Source of the DNA: Candidatus Poribacteria bacterium
Lineage (GTDB): Bacteria > Poribacteria > WGA-4E > PCPOR2b
Assembly (NCBI GenBank): GCA_965208675.1
Contig: OZ242351.1
Coordinates: 1,120,001-1,184,000 of the forward strand
Length of the DNA: 64,000 bases
Reading direction: 5' to 3'
Under the pieces are notes generated by a model. That model was not told the DNA's origin and did not search any database. It was given only the letters and a program-made list of their open reading frames with translations. Of the stretch, positions 1-8,831 are shown in pieces (position 1 is the stretch's first letter; each line of letters starts with the position of its first letter). The position numbers and the translations under genes are program-made.

Positions 1-58
1 CTGACAGTTTCTGCCATTGTACATCGGTCAAATCACTAGGATAACGTTTTCGGTTCAT
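1..58 (-). CDS. IS5-family transposase, N-terminal fragment (partial)
   Basis: Hand translation MNRKRYPSDLTDVQWQKLS; GGGAG SD upstream; not in the ORF track. Confidence 0.75.
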   Translation of the reverse strand, partial: MNRKRYPSDLTDVQWQKLS

Positions 59-152
59 GTTTACTCCCTTCATTGGTTCGGAATCAACTGCTCCAGTGAG
101 TAAACGTAAACATCAACCGTTCAGACATCTTTTTTCTTTTTCAAACAGGCTC
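1..152 (-). mobile_element. IS5-family insertion sequence, left end (truncated by window start)
   Basis: Minus-strand ATG at 58 reads MNRKRYPSDLTDVQWQKLS, the YPSDLTDxQW N-terminus typical of IS5 transposases. A putative terminal IR GAGCCTGTTTGAAAAA ends at 152, next to TTA (TNA-type target). Confidence 0.75.
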
Positions 153-212
153 TTAACTATAGAATCAATGCGCAATAATTTTGCGAAAAAACCAAATAGG
201 CTCTTCAACGCC

Positions 213-782
213 CTACAACCTCCCCAGCAGCTCCTGTTTCTTGGATTCGAACTCACCGTCGGTCAGGATTCCCTCGCCTTTCAATGCGGCGAGTTGGCGA
301 ATTTGCTCGAGAATATCAACGTCGTCATCGGCGGCGGTAATTGCCGGCGGCGTCTCCTCATTCGGTTTCGTTCCAAATACCCCGGCTCGTGAAAGCGCCC
401 ATACACTCCCGACCAACAACCCCACCAGCAATACCTTCATGTGCAAAGCGTGCACGGGGTGCCAAGAAGACGAGGAATATCCGATGTGAAAGGGGATTGC
501 ATCTTGAATTATCAATTCAGGGCTACTTCCGGCAACCATAACGAGGCAGACCAAAAGCCCCGCCAAGGTCGGCAGGACAAAGGCGATGCGCACCTCCCTG
601 AGTTCAATTGCCCAGCATACCCCAACACACAGACCAAAAAGCGTTCCGCCCCAAAGCCAAACATTATAGGACTCAGGACTGTAGTGCCCGTTTATCGATA
701 AAAACAGCGACACCCCTATTGCAAACCCAACGCTGCATACAACTACTTTCAGGACTGCTAATGCCAGCTTTCCAAAATCCAT
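213..782 (-). CDS. Membrane protein with C-terminal SHOCT domain
   Basis: About 4 hydrophobic segments, then LEQIRQLAALKGEGILTDGEFESKKQELL (SHOCT pattern). Start moved to ATG 782 because of an AGGAGG SD. Confidence 0.8.
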   Translation of the reverse strand: MDFGKLALAVLKVVVCSVGFAIGVSLFLSINGHYSPESYNVWLWGGTLFGLCVGVCWAIELREVRIAFVLPTLAGLLVCLVMVAGSSPELIIQDAIPFHIGYSSSSWHPVHALHMKVLLVGLLVGSVWALSRAGVFGTKPNEETPPAITAADDDVDILEQIRQLAALKGEGILTDGEFESKKQELLGRL

Positions 783-912
783 CGTAATCTGTCCTCCTAA
801 CTGTTTAGTGGAAAAATCCAAAGCACTAGCCCCGACAATCTTGCGTGTTTCAACTTCTCGTCATAAATGCTCTAAATTTCGGGGTCGACGGCTTTACTTC
901 AGCTGTAATGCC

Positions 913-1431
913 CTATAGTCTACCCAACAACTCGTGTTTCTTTGATTCAAACTCTTCGTCGGATAGAATGCCATCGTTTTTCAGCGCCCCGAGCTCCCGT
1001 ATCTGTTCGATGACATTGACTCCGGAGACTCCGGATTCTTCACGCGGGTCAGCCTCATCCTGTTTCGGCGTGAATGCCCCGAATCGTGAGAGCGCCCATA
1101 CGCCCGCAATCGCCAAGACCAGTATTAGTAACAATGGGATGTCCAAAGCGTACCAGCGGGGCGGACTAGCTCCGTGGCTTGCCAAAACCACCCAAAAGGC
1201 TAACAATCCCACTAGCAGCGGCATCATAAATGCAATTCGCATTTCTACGCGTCCGCTTGCCCAACATATCCCAACACACAGTCCAATCAATACACCTCCC
1301 AACCCCCATAATGAATACAACTCATGATCAGGAGACGAACTTAACGACCAAATCAGCATTCCAGCAAACCCGAATCCAACAATACACGTGATTACCTTCG
1401 TGATGCCTAATGCAATGCGACCAATACTCAT
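913..1431 (-). CDS. Membrane protein with C-terminal SHOCT domain (paralog of 213-782)
   Basis: Same architecture, IEQIRELGALKNDGILSDEEFESKKHELLGRL; AAGGAGG SD. Confidence 0.8.
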   Translation of the reverse strand: MSIGRIALGITKVITCIVGFGFAGMLIWSLSSSPDHELYSLWGLGGVLIGLCVGICWASGRVEMRIAFMMPLLVGLLAFWVVLASHGASPPRWYALDIPLLLILVLAIAGVWALSRFGAFTPKQDEADPREESGVSGVNVIEQIRELGALKNDGILSDEEFESKKHELLGRL

Positions 1432-1588
1432 GGTATCTCTCCTCCTTACCGCAACGGATTTAGGTTAAAAGCGCCGTGCTCACGGTGATTCAACTGCTTA
1501 CTCAAAAACCGCTAAACACTGTCACACTGATTGAATTTCCTGTACGGTAGTATTGAATGTGCTTGGGAATTGCCGGCATTGCTGCAAG

Positions 1589-2401
1589 TCAGTAGTCGAC
1601 AACGCTGCAAAATTGAAAAAGCTCCCGTGCGCGTTCCGATAGCCCGTCGTAAGTCTCCGGCGGCACCTTTATCGGTCCGCCGATACTCATCCACCACAAC
1701 GCGTAGCAGACCACAATTTCGGGTCGCGGCGAATCGGAAGTGTTTGGCGTACCCCGATGCAATATGCGGGGATCCTGTATCCACATCGTGCCTTTTTTCA
1801 CATTCAGCCGCTGTGCGGACGGAAAATTCCCTTGCTCCAGCACCTCATTGTACCGTCCTTCCATATCGGGATTCGCGAGATACTGCGACGCAGGCAGCAC
1901 CTCAATACTGCCGTTCTCCTCGGAAGTGTCCACGAGCGGAAACTTAACGCCTATTGACGGACTAGTGTCAAGTCCGACATGCGGGATCTCTTTTGCAAGT
2001 TCGACGTCTCTATGCCAAGGCTGAAACTCGCTGCCCGGATACGGGTTGTTGGAGTGAAAACACTTGATGTAAAAATCGTCTCTGTCCCAATAACGCCGGA
2101 GGAATTCCAGTATAACCGGGTTCTCGTACACCTCCGGGTCGGCGAACGGCGGCACCCACGGGATGGTCAGTGTGTAACGGTTGACCATCTGTTGGCGCCC
2201 ATACCCGGTGCGCAGCTCGCCCCACTCTTTGGGCGCGATACCGTCTTCCCGCGTTCTGACGTGTTCAAGCATCGGCAGAAACGCTTCACGGATGCGGTCT
2301 ACCGTCGCGGCGGACAATACATCCTCAATCAGCGTGAAGCCGTTTATCCTGAACTCGGATACTTTAAGATCTAAATCTACGTCCTCACATCTTACAGCCA
2401 T
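1589..2401 (-). CDS. Phytanoyl-CoA dioxygenase (PhyH)-family Fe/2OG dioxygenase
   Basis: F-x-x-NGF start motif, QPWHRD (HxD), ENGSIEVLPAS, LHRG-x-x-N-x-S-x-x-x-R. Start at ATG 2401 after GGAGG. Confidence 0.85.
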   Translation of the reverse strand: MAVRCEDVDLDLKVSEFRINGFTLIEDVLSAATVDRIREAFLPMLEHVRTREDGIAPKEWGELRTGYGRQQMVNRYTLTIPWVPPFADPEVYENPVILEFLRRYWDRDDFYIKCFHSNNPYPGSEFQPWHRDVELAKEIPHVGLDTSPSIGVKFPLVDTSEENGSIEVLPASQYLANPDMEGRYNEVLEQGNFPSAQRLNVKKGTMWIQDPRILHRGTPNTSDSPRPEIVVCYALWWMSIGGPIKVPPETYDGLSERARELFQFCSVVDY

Positions 2402-2435
2402 GAATCCTCCGCCGGCCAACAGACAATCCGTATTT

Positions 2436-2467
2436 GAAACCGAGTTTTTTCCTCAAAACTCGGTTTC
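2436..2467. repeat. Intergenic palindrome (REP-like hairpin) with a degenerate second copy at about 2514-2544
   Basis: GAAACCGAGTTTT-N6-AAAACTCGGTTTC, a perfect 13-bp stem; second copy GAAACCAAGT...AAAACTCGGTTGC. Confidence 0.65.
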
Positions 2468-2736
2468 TCAAAACTTACAAAAAGTCGTCCATCGCATTGT
2501 GACCTTGGCTTTAGAAACCAAGTAGGTTTTCAAAACTCGGTTGCTCCGCCATGCCATGCAGGTATAGGCAAAGATTAAAGGGTGACACCTGCAAAATTGA
2601 TTTTATCATAGCACATTTCCACCGTCCAGAAAAACAGGAAACCGATTCCGCATTTCTATGTGTCGATCTAGCGGTTTGTGGTATCATATCGGTTGTGCTA
2701 AATTCAGAATTCAGCCTGAGAAAAGGAGAATTAGAT

Positions 2737-2946
2737 ATGCGGCACGAAAAATGGAGTTGCCCCAAATGCAGCAACAATGATTTCGAGACAGATGTTTTTC
2801 AAGCAACGGGCGGTGGATTCGCCAAGATGTTCGATGTTCAAAACAAGAAATTCACGACCGTGTCATGTACGCAATGCCAATACACTGAAATCTACAAAGC
2901 GGATACATCCCGCCTCGACAACATCTTCGATTTCTTCACCGGCTAA
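2737..2946 (+). CDS. Small zinc-ribbon protein (predicted nucleic-acid binding)
   Basis: MRHEKWSCPKC...ATGGGFAKMFDVQNKKFTTVSCTQCQYTEIY...FDFFTG; two CxxC pairs; AAGGAG SD before ATG 2737. Confidence 0.85.
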   Translation: MRHEKWSCPKCSNNDFETDVFQATGGGFAKMFDVQNKKFTTVSCTQCQYTEIYKADTSRLDNIFDFFTG

Positions 2947-3159
2947 GCGTGTGCTGAGGACTTGTGTAAAGAAATCTTTGGATAGGTACAGTAAAACCAA
3001 TATTTTTTATTCATACCGCCGGTTCGATTTCCTGGCCGAACCGGTATTCATCCAGCCCGCGGGCGTGGCAGGAAACGTACGCACCAATTCATGTGTAAAT
3101 TTGAAACGGTTACAGCCACCGCAGCGGCATATCGGTGATATATCTGACTCTCGAAGTCG

Positions 3160-3214
3160 AAATGTCCGATAACTAACCTTATCGGACGTTTTAACCCCCG
3201 AAAACGTCCGATAA
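3160..3214. other. Putative tyrosine-recombinase recombination/resolution site
   Basis: AAATGTCCGATAA-ctaacc-TTATCGGACGTTT (13-bp inverted arms, 12/13 match, 6-bp spacer, 3160-3191), plus a direct copy AAACGTCCGATAA at 3202-3214. A fourth copy lies at 3387-3399. Confidence 0.7.
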
Positions 3215-3411
3215 GTGGAAACGTTCTCCGAAAAAGTTCGTTTTTTAAGTCACAGTTGCCATCGGGACAGCGTGCGAAACCGCAAAACCGATTCGCCGGC
3301 AACCCTGATGTAGACTGACTTTCCAGCCATTTTTGCAATCCCTAAATCCAACGGCAGGAAAGCGGTAGAATTGCGGCTTGGAAAAAACACGTCCGATAAG
3401 GAGAACATAAA

Positions 3412-4314
3412 TTGAACGACATTTTACAAGATTATCGAGACAATCTTTACGATCTAGACAAGTCCGAGAATACAATTCAAGCCTACATGACGGATTTGCG
3501 TTCATTTTCGCACTGGTTCGAGACCGAGACGGGACAAACGCTTGAACCGGAGAACATCACGCCCCTCGACGTAATTGATTACCGCAAAGATTTGCTGGAC
3601 CAGGGCAGAAAACCGTCAACCATTAACCGCCGCTTAATCAGCATCTCCAGCTTTTGCCAGTGGGCGCGCGAAAACGACCTGATACCCAATAACCCCGTTG
3701 AAGGTGTTCGCCCTGTGGCTGAGGAGCCGCTTGGCCCCGCTGCGTTGGAGCGAAAGCAACAACTCGCGTTGATCAGAACGGTTCGGAGATCAGGAAATGT
3801 TCGGGATTTGGCGATTATCACGACCTTGTTACACACGGGTCTACGGGTAAACGAACTCTGTAACCTTCAAGTTTCTGATATTATTATATCCGATAATAGC
3901 AATATGATTACGGTCCGTGAAGGCAAAGGCACTAAGCGGCGGACCATCCCGTTAAACCCAACTGTTGTCCGCATTTTAAAGGACTATTTGGCGTCACAAA
4001 ACGGCAACGGTACTCGGAACACTGCGTTACAGGTCGAGGCGTCAGAGTTCCTGTTTTACGGACAGAAACGAACGCCGCTGACCGACCGCGGCGTACGTTA
4101 TATTATTAAAAAATATGCGTATATTGCAAAAATAGAGCATGTATCGCCGCATTCGCTTAGACATACCTGTGCTAAGAACCTTATTGATGCCGGACAGCCT
4201 ATCGATAGAGTCGCAACAATTCTCGGACATTCAAGCGTTAATACCACCAAAATTTATACGATGCCTACGGAGCGAGATTTACAAAAGACGATGGACAGCA
4301 TTGCGTGGGAGTAG
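3412..4314 (+). CDS. Tyrosine recombinase (Xer/TnpI-like, N-terminal SAM-like domain)
   Basis: KSENTIQAY N-domain; catalytic R (TGLRVNE), K (GKGTKRR), HxxR (PHSLRH), LGH, Y (TTKIYT). TTG start with GGAG SD. Confidence 0.9.
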   Translation: MNDILQDYRDNLYDLDKSENTIQAYMTDLRSFSHWFETETGQTLEPENITPLDVIDYRKDLLDQGRKPSTINRRLISISSFCQWARENDLIPNNPVEGVRPVAEEPLGPAALERKQQLALIRTVRRSGNVRDLAIITTLLHTGLRVNELCNLQVSDIIISDNSNMITVREGKGTKRRTIPLNPTVVRILKDYLASQNGNGTRNTALQVEASEFLFYGQKRTPLTDRGVRYIIKKYAYIAKIEHVSPHSLRHTCAKNLIDAGQPIDRVATILGHSSVNTTKIYTMPTERDLQKTMDSIAWE

Positions 4315-4399
4315 TATTCCTAATTATAGCCAATCGCGTATATTCATATATACCAATATTTTCCCTATAACTATTTATCATATTTTTCTCGATTTGCTA

Positions 4400-4429
4400 T
4401 TGACTTGATGTATACCTGCATGTTATAAT
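4400..4429 (+). promoter_or_regulatory. Sigma70-type promoter
   Basis: TTGACT-N18-TATAAT with extended -10 TG, upstream of ORF 4524. Confidence 0.6.
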
Positions 4430-4523
4430 GTCGCAAATGCACATATTAGCGATAGTGTAAATCACAAATTTAGTAATTTGGTACAATTAGTTTCCTGAAA
4501 CGGGATAAATCGAGAGGATACCC

Positions 4524-4913
4524 ATGAAAGAATATCGACAGGCGAAGAACTCACTAAAAAAACAGGTAAGTCTATTGTTACCGATTGAAGTTTACGAAGG
4601 CGCAAAACGCGACTCGCAACGGTATAATAGGTCGATGGCATACCACATAGTCGAAACACTTCGCTTAACCTATAGCAAATCAATCGAAGAAATACTAGCG
4701 GAAAAAGAGGCGGCTGCCCAACAGAGAATTCTGCAGGAACTGAAGGAAAGGGCGGCTGCCGCGGGTAAATCTGAGGAGTTAATACAGGCGATAGAATCGG
4801 TGTTCACCCGCTTCGCCCAAGTCAAAACGTCAAATGACTTTACCGAAGATTTTCAAAACGACATCATGACCTTCGCAGCGATGATGCTAGAAGGAGAACA
4901 ACCAACACAATAA
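4524..4913 (+). CDS. Hypothetical protein, possible ribbon-helix-helix/Arc-like DNA-binding N-terminus
   Basis: GAGG SD and a strong promoter; KKQVSLLLPIEVYEGAKRDSQRYNRSMAYHIVETL resembles a beta-strand-helix-helix pattern (inference). Confidence 0.6.
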   Translation: MKEYRQAKNSLKKQVSLLLPIEVYEGAKRDSQRYNRSMAYHIVETLRLTYSKSIEEILAEKEAAAQQRILQELKERAAAAGKSEELIQAIESVFTRFAQVKTSNDFTEDFQNDIMTFAAMMLEGEQPTQ

Positions 4914-5237
4914 TGAAAATCTGGGGCGGAGGTGCCGTTTCCTGCTTGAATTATGCACTTGACCTCCTCCATGTCATTAAGGGGAAGCAAGAAGGAACGA
5001 TATTAGCACGCCCGCTTTCCAAGCAGACGCTCCCAAATGGAACAACTCTTCCTCCCGCTTGCTAAGCTTTCTATTACACGCATCTTAATGAGGGTGCTAG
5101 AAACAGCCCTCGGCAGTGACCCCAATTGTTTGGACACGAAATTGCGGATGTTAAGAAGGTATTTTGAAGTTTAGGACTTAACCTATAACTGTGTTAGTGC
5201 TGCGTAGTTAATTCAAGATTAAATATCGATTGGTGTT

Positions 5238-6110
5238 CTAGTGTGCATTATACGCTGCCTCGAATTCAGCAGGTGTCCGATAGCCTAGCGCTGAATGAGG
5301 CCTTTTCTGATTATACACGACATCTAATACTAGACTAAGTTGGTTGTATGCATCCCGGAAATTCTGATACTCGGAGTCAACGATATACTCGTCTTTGATT
5401 CTGCCAATCGTACTCTCAACGTATGGATTCTGCCACGGTTTCCCACGGTCCGTCATGGAAATGCGGCACGCTATCGCTCTCAATTGCTGACAATACTTCT
5501 CAGCAATGTACTGTCCACCTCGGTCTGAATGATGGATTTGCGGACGATGCTGTCTTGCTAATGCTTTTCTCAAAGCCCCAGACAGCAGGTTAACTGACAT
5601 GTTTTTTGACAACTCCCAACCTCTTATGGTTCGAGTAAAAACATCAAACAATAATGCCAGATAAGCCATTTGACCACTAGCCAGTGGAACATAGGTGATA
5701 TCTGCACGCCAAATCTGGTCAGGATAAGTGACTGATAAATCTTTGAGCAAATTCGGATACGCATATCGTCCGGGTTGACTGTTGGTGGTGATAACCCGCT
5801 TTCGCCTAGGACGTACTTGAAGCCCTAGTGCGCCAACCAGACGTTGCACCCGTTTTCGGTTGACAACCAATCCTTGACGATGCAGTTCATTTGTGATTCT
5901 GCGATACCCATAGCGGTGATTTGATAAACGTATTTGCTCGATATGCCGGCAAAGCTGAGCATCACCATCGGCTTTGGAATCGTAATAGAAACTGCTTCGA
6001 GACAAACCTAGCACATTACACAGTAGGCTAATGGGAAATGCTTCGCTGCCGCGTTTCGCCAATTCCCGTTTCTGCTTTATCGAGAGTCGAAGTAACTCAA
6101 TACTTTTTTT
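5238..6110 (-). CDS. IS3 transposase OrfB (DDE), fused to OrfA by a -1 frameshift
   Basis: YGYRRI, WRADITY (D), HHSDRGGQY (D), NPYVES (E), RPHSALGYRTP. The A7 slippery run at 6104-6110 puts OrfA in frame with OrfB after a -1 shift (…KKSIELLRLSIKQKRELAKR…). Confidence 0.9.
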   Translation of the reverse strand, partial: KKSIELLRLSIKQKRELAKRGSEAFPISLLCNVLGLSRSSFYYDSKADGDAQLCRHIEQIRLSNHRYGYRRITNELHRQGLVVNRKRVQRLVGALGLQVRPRRKRVITTNSQPGRYAYPNLLKDLSVTYPDQIWRADITYVPLASGQMAYLALLFDVFTRTIRGWELSKNMSVNLLSGALRKALARQHRPQIHHSDRGGQYIAEKYCQQLRAIACRISMTDRGKPWQNPYVESTIGRIKDEYIVDSEYQNFRDAYNQLSLVLDVVYNQKRPHSALGYRTPAEFEAAYNAH

Positions 6111-6370
6111 GAGGCAGACAGCTCCAGTGTCAATTGCCCGACGAGACGCTCCAGTTCAGCGATGCGCGCATTGGAGGTGTTCTTGTGGTTCTGCTCAGCC
6201 ACAAAGAGATTCGCAGCGTTTTCCATGAAGTGTTGGCGCCATTTGGACAGTAAGGTATCGCTGATTTGATATTGGTTACAAATTTCAACTGGGCGTTTCC
6301 GCCCACTGATGATATCTAGCACACATTCGAGCTTAAATTCGGGTGTAAATTGCCGTCTTGCCTTCGACAT
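6077..6370 (-). CDS. IS3 transposase OrfA (HTH)
   Basis: RRQFTPEFKLECV...LLSKWR...ELERLVGQLTLE leucine zipper. Confidence 0.9.
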   Translation of the reverse strand: MSKARRQFTPEFKLECVLDIISGRKRPVEICNQYQISDTLLSKWRQHFMENAANLFVAEQNHKNTSNARIAELERLVGQLTLELSASKKVLSYFDSR

Positions 6371-6638
6371 GATAGCCCCTTTCTGGACGGTTAGTTATTA
6401 TAAAATCCTTCTTAGCTCAATGTCCAGTTTCTTGGGGTCATTCCAGCTAGAGGGTTCTAAATTAACACCCCACCCTTAATCCCACAATAAGAAATCTCGC
6501 CGGTGGTCAAACACATTCTAATATCCTGATTCTGACTGTGACGCATGTGCTACACCTTTGTATCACTGGTACAACAGTTCTCTCCTGCATAACCTCACCC
6601 ACTACTAGAAATAGCCCGATAATTTAAGAGATTTGGCG

Positions 6639-6655
6639 TTGGCATCTAAATTGCT
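6639..6655 (+). promoter_or_regulatory. Candidate sigma54 (-24/-12) promoter for the beta-propeller array
   Basis: TTGGCATCTAAATTGCT, GG-N10-GC spacing, about 100 nt upstream of ATG 6752. Confidence 0.5.
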
Positions 6656-6751
6656 CTTTATCAGGCAATAGAAATCTCCGCTCCGAAGCGTTGCGGAGCA
6701 ATCCTACCTTAAAGTAATTCCATTTCCCAATTGAGTACGGAGGTAAGTCAG

Positions 6752-8707
6752 ATGAGCGTTCGCCCCATTTCTCGACCGAAGGTTGTGTACATCCGTTTCG
6801 TTACCAAGATCGCTACGGCGGTGCTGCTATTCATCTCGTGTTCGGTACAAGCGATTAATTTCGCCGACAAAATCGTATATGTCTCCAATCTCGGCGTAAC
6901 ACCCGAAGTGTTTCTAGTTGAAGGATTGGACGGCAATCCGGTTCAACTCACGCGCAATATGTTCGTAAGTTCGCCCACAATTTCTCCTGATGGCGCTGAG
7001 GTCGCCTTTGTCTCCAGTCCACCGGGAGGACAATCGGATATTTTCAAATTGCACATCGCAGCCGATCGAGTTGAAAAACTGACGGGCAATGCCGAATGGG
7101 ATGCCAGATTCACTGATCTCGATTGGTCGCCCGATGGTCAACAAATCCTTTTTATCACGTCAATAGGTGTGCAAGGCGGCGATCAAACATATCTTAGCGT
7201 GGTGAATATGGACTCTCACGTCATTCGGCATATTCTTCAACCCGACCTGACGACTCGTATTTCGAATCCCAGTTGGTCGCCCGATAGCCGTCACATCATA
7301 TTTAGCCAAGAAGATGAGGGGCTTATTCGTGACAGGCTATTTATTACTGACGACAAGGGGAACAACGTCATCGAGGTAAGGCAAAGAGAACTCGAATTCT
7401 TGACCGATGCGTCGTCTGTTCACGTCAATACAATCCCTGCATGGTCGCCGAGTCAGCGCGAAATTGCCTACGTCACGTTAATTGAAATCAACCGCACTGC
7501 GCCCAATCCGATTCAAATCTATTCCATGAACCTGGCTGATGGCAGCGCTGCGGCGTTAACATCTGAAAAAACGATGCACAGTATACCGCTGGCTTGGAGT
7601 CCGGATGGGTTGAAATTTCTGTTCGCCGCTTTACCATTCGATCAAGAAGCTGAATCGAATGACATCTATGTCATGGACGCCAATGGAAAAAATATGACAA
7701 ATTTGACGCAGTCGCCGGAACATGAAGGAACTGCACACTGGTCGCCTGACGGAAGTGAGATTGTCTACGCGAGATTAACCGAAGAGCGTAATAGCACAAT
7801 CTTCGTGATGAATGAGACCGGTAAAAATCCACAGCAATTGACGTTTGAACTCGGATTAAATGCAGCTCCATTCTGGTCTCCGGATGGAGAAAAAATCGTC
7901 TTCCTATCAGATCGTGACGGCGCGAGGCAAATCTATACGATGGATCGCGACGGCGAAAACGTCCAACAAATCACGGACATCCAACGCGAATTCGTTGGGG
8001 CGCCGGCTTGGTCTCCGGATGGCAAATGGATAGCATTCGGGTCTGGCGATAAAGACAGTTGGGGGCTTTATCGCATCGACCCACAAGGCCTCAAGGAAAC
8101 GCCCATTTTACGTTCGAACGTGAATCAACTTGATGGTCGGGCTATGTTCCGTCCTGCGTGGTCGCCCGATAGTCAGAACCTCATTTATGTCGACCCTGAA
8201 GCAAACGATAATGTCGGTCTAATGCGAATTCAAACCGAAGGAGGCTTGCCAACCCAGTTAAACACTGACGGAATAGAATTCTGGTGGAGCCCTGTTTGGT
8301 CGCCGGACGGAAACAGCCTCCTCTTCAGTGCGCAAAGGAATGAAGACGGCCCTTTCTTTGCCGATCAAATGCTTGCGCTATACTTGACCAACCCCGATAC
8401 TTCGGTACAAAGGGAGATTTTTCTTAGGGGCATTGACCATTTAGATTTTAAATCAGAATGGAATTTTCGCCGGTTAGTGTGGGCGCCAGACCGTTCGCAA
8501 CTCTTGTTGTCAATTGAGCAGAAACGGGTAGGCACTCAACAGGAACAGAGGCTATATCTGATTGACACCGTGAATGAAACCGCCAGCTTATGGATGAAAG
8601 ACGCGGGCGATGCAGATTGGGGCCGACCGGGCTTTGTGTATTCGGTGAATCCCAGCGGCAAACGGATTTCAACATGGGCTGAACTGAAAAAAACATCGAA
8701 GCACTGA
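6752..8707 (+). CDS. Exported TolB-like PD40 (WSPDG) repeat beta-propeller protein 1
   Basis: Signal peptide, many WSPDG repeats, C-terminal VNPSGKRISTWAELKK; GGAGG SD before ATG 6752. Confidence 0.85.
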   Translation: MSVRPISRPKVVYIRFVTKIATAVLLFISCSVQAINFADKIVYVSNLGVTPEVFLVEGLDGNPVQLTRNMFVSSPTISPDGAEVAFVSSPPGGQSDIFKLHIAADRVEKLTGNAEWDARFTDLDWSPDGQQILFITSIGVQGGDQTYLSVVNMDSHVIRHILQPDLTTRISNPSWSPDSRHIIFSQEDEGLIRDRLFITDDKGNNVIEVRQRELEFLTDASSVHVNTIPAWSPSQREIAYVTLIEINRTAPNPIQIYSMNLADGSAAALTSEKTMHSIPLAWSPDGLKFLFAALPFDQEAESNDIYVMDANGKNMTNLTQSPEHEGTAHWSPDGSEIVYARLTEERNSTIFVMNETGKNPQQLTFELGLNAAPFWSPDGEKIVFLSDRDGARQIYTMDRDGENVQQITDIQREFVGAPAWSPDGKWIAFGSGDKDSWGLYRIDPQGLKETPILRSNVNQLDGRAMFRPAWSPDSQNLIYVDPEANDNVGLMRIQTEGGLPTQLNTDGIEFWWSPVWSPDGNSLLFSAQRNEDGPFFADQMLALYLTNPDTSVQREIFLRGIDHLDFKSEWNFRRLVWAPDRSQLLLSIEQKRVGTQQEQRLYLIDTVNETASLWMKDAGDADWGRPGFVYSVNPSGKRISTWAELKKTSKH

Positions 8708-8831
8708 TGCTCATGAAAGCCGACTGAATTGTGAAGATGGGTCATGGGACGATTCAAACTGGTAGGGTGCCGCTACTCTAAATGGCGCGGATTTTAATAT
8801 TCAACATTGCCTAACACGCAATGCGAACACC

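Larger units (their letters stand above)
5112..6445 (-). mobile_element. IS3-family insertion sequence (1334 bp)
   Basis: orfA/orfB pair; imperfect 25-bp IRs TGGAATGACCCCAAGAAACTGGACA (6445 end) and GGCAGTGACCCCAATTGTTTGGACA (5112 end), 17/25 match; no target duplication seen. Confidence 0.9.

Noticed and set aside
3412-4314. Chromosomal xerC/xerD with dif, or an integron integrase
   Set aside because: The site arms do not resemble the dif consensus, the context is accessory, and I saw no IntI-specific insertion or attC array.
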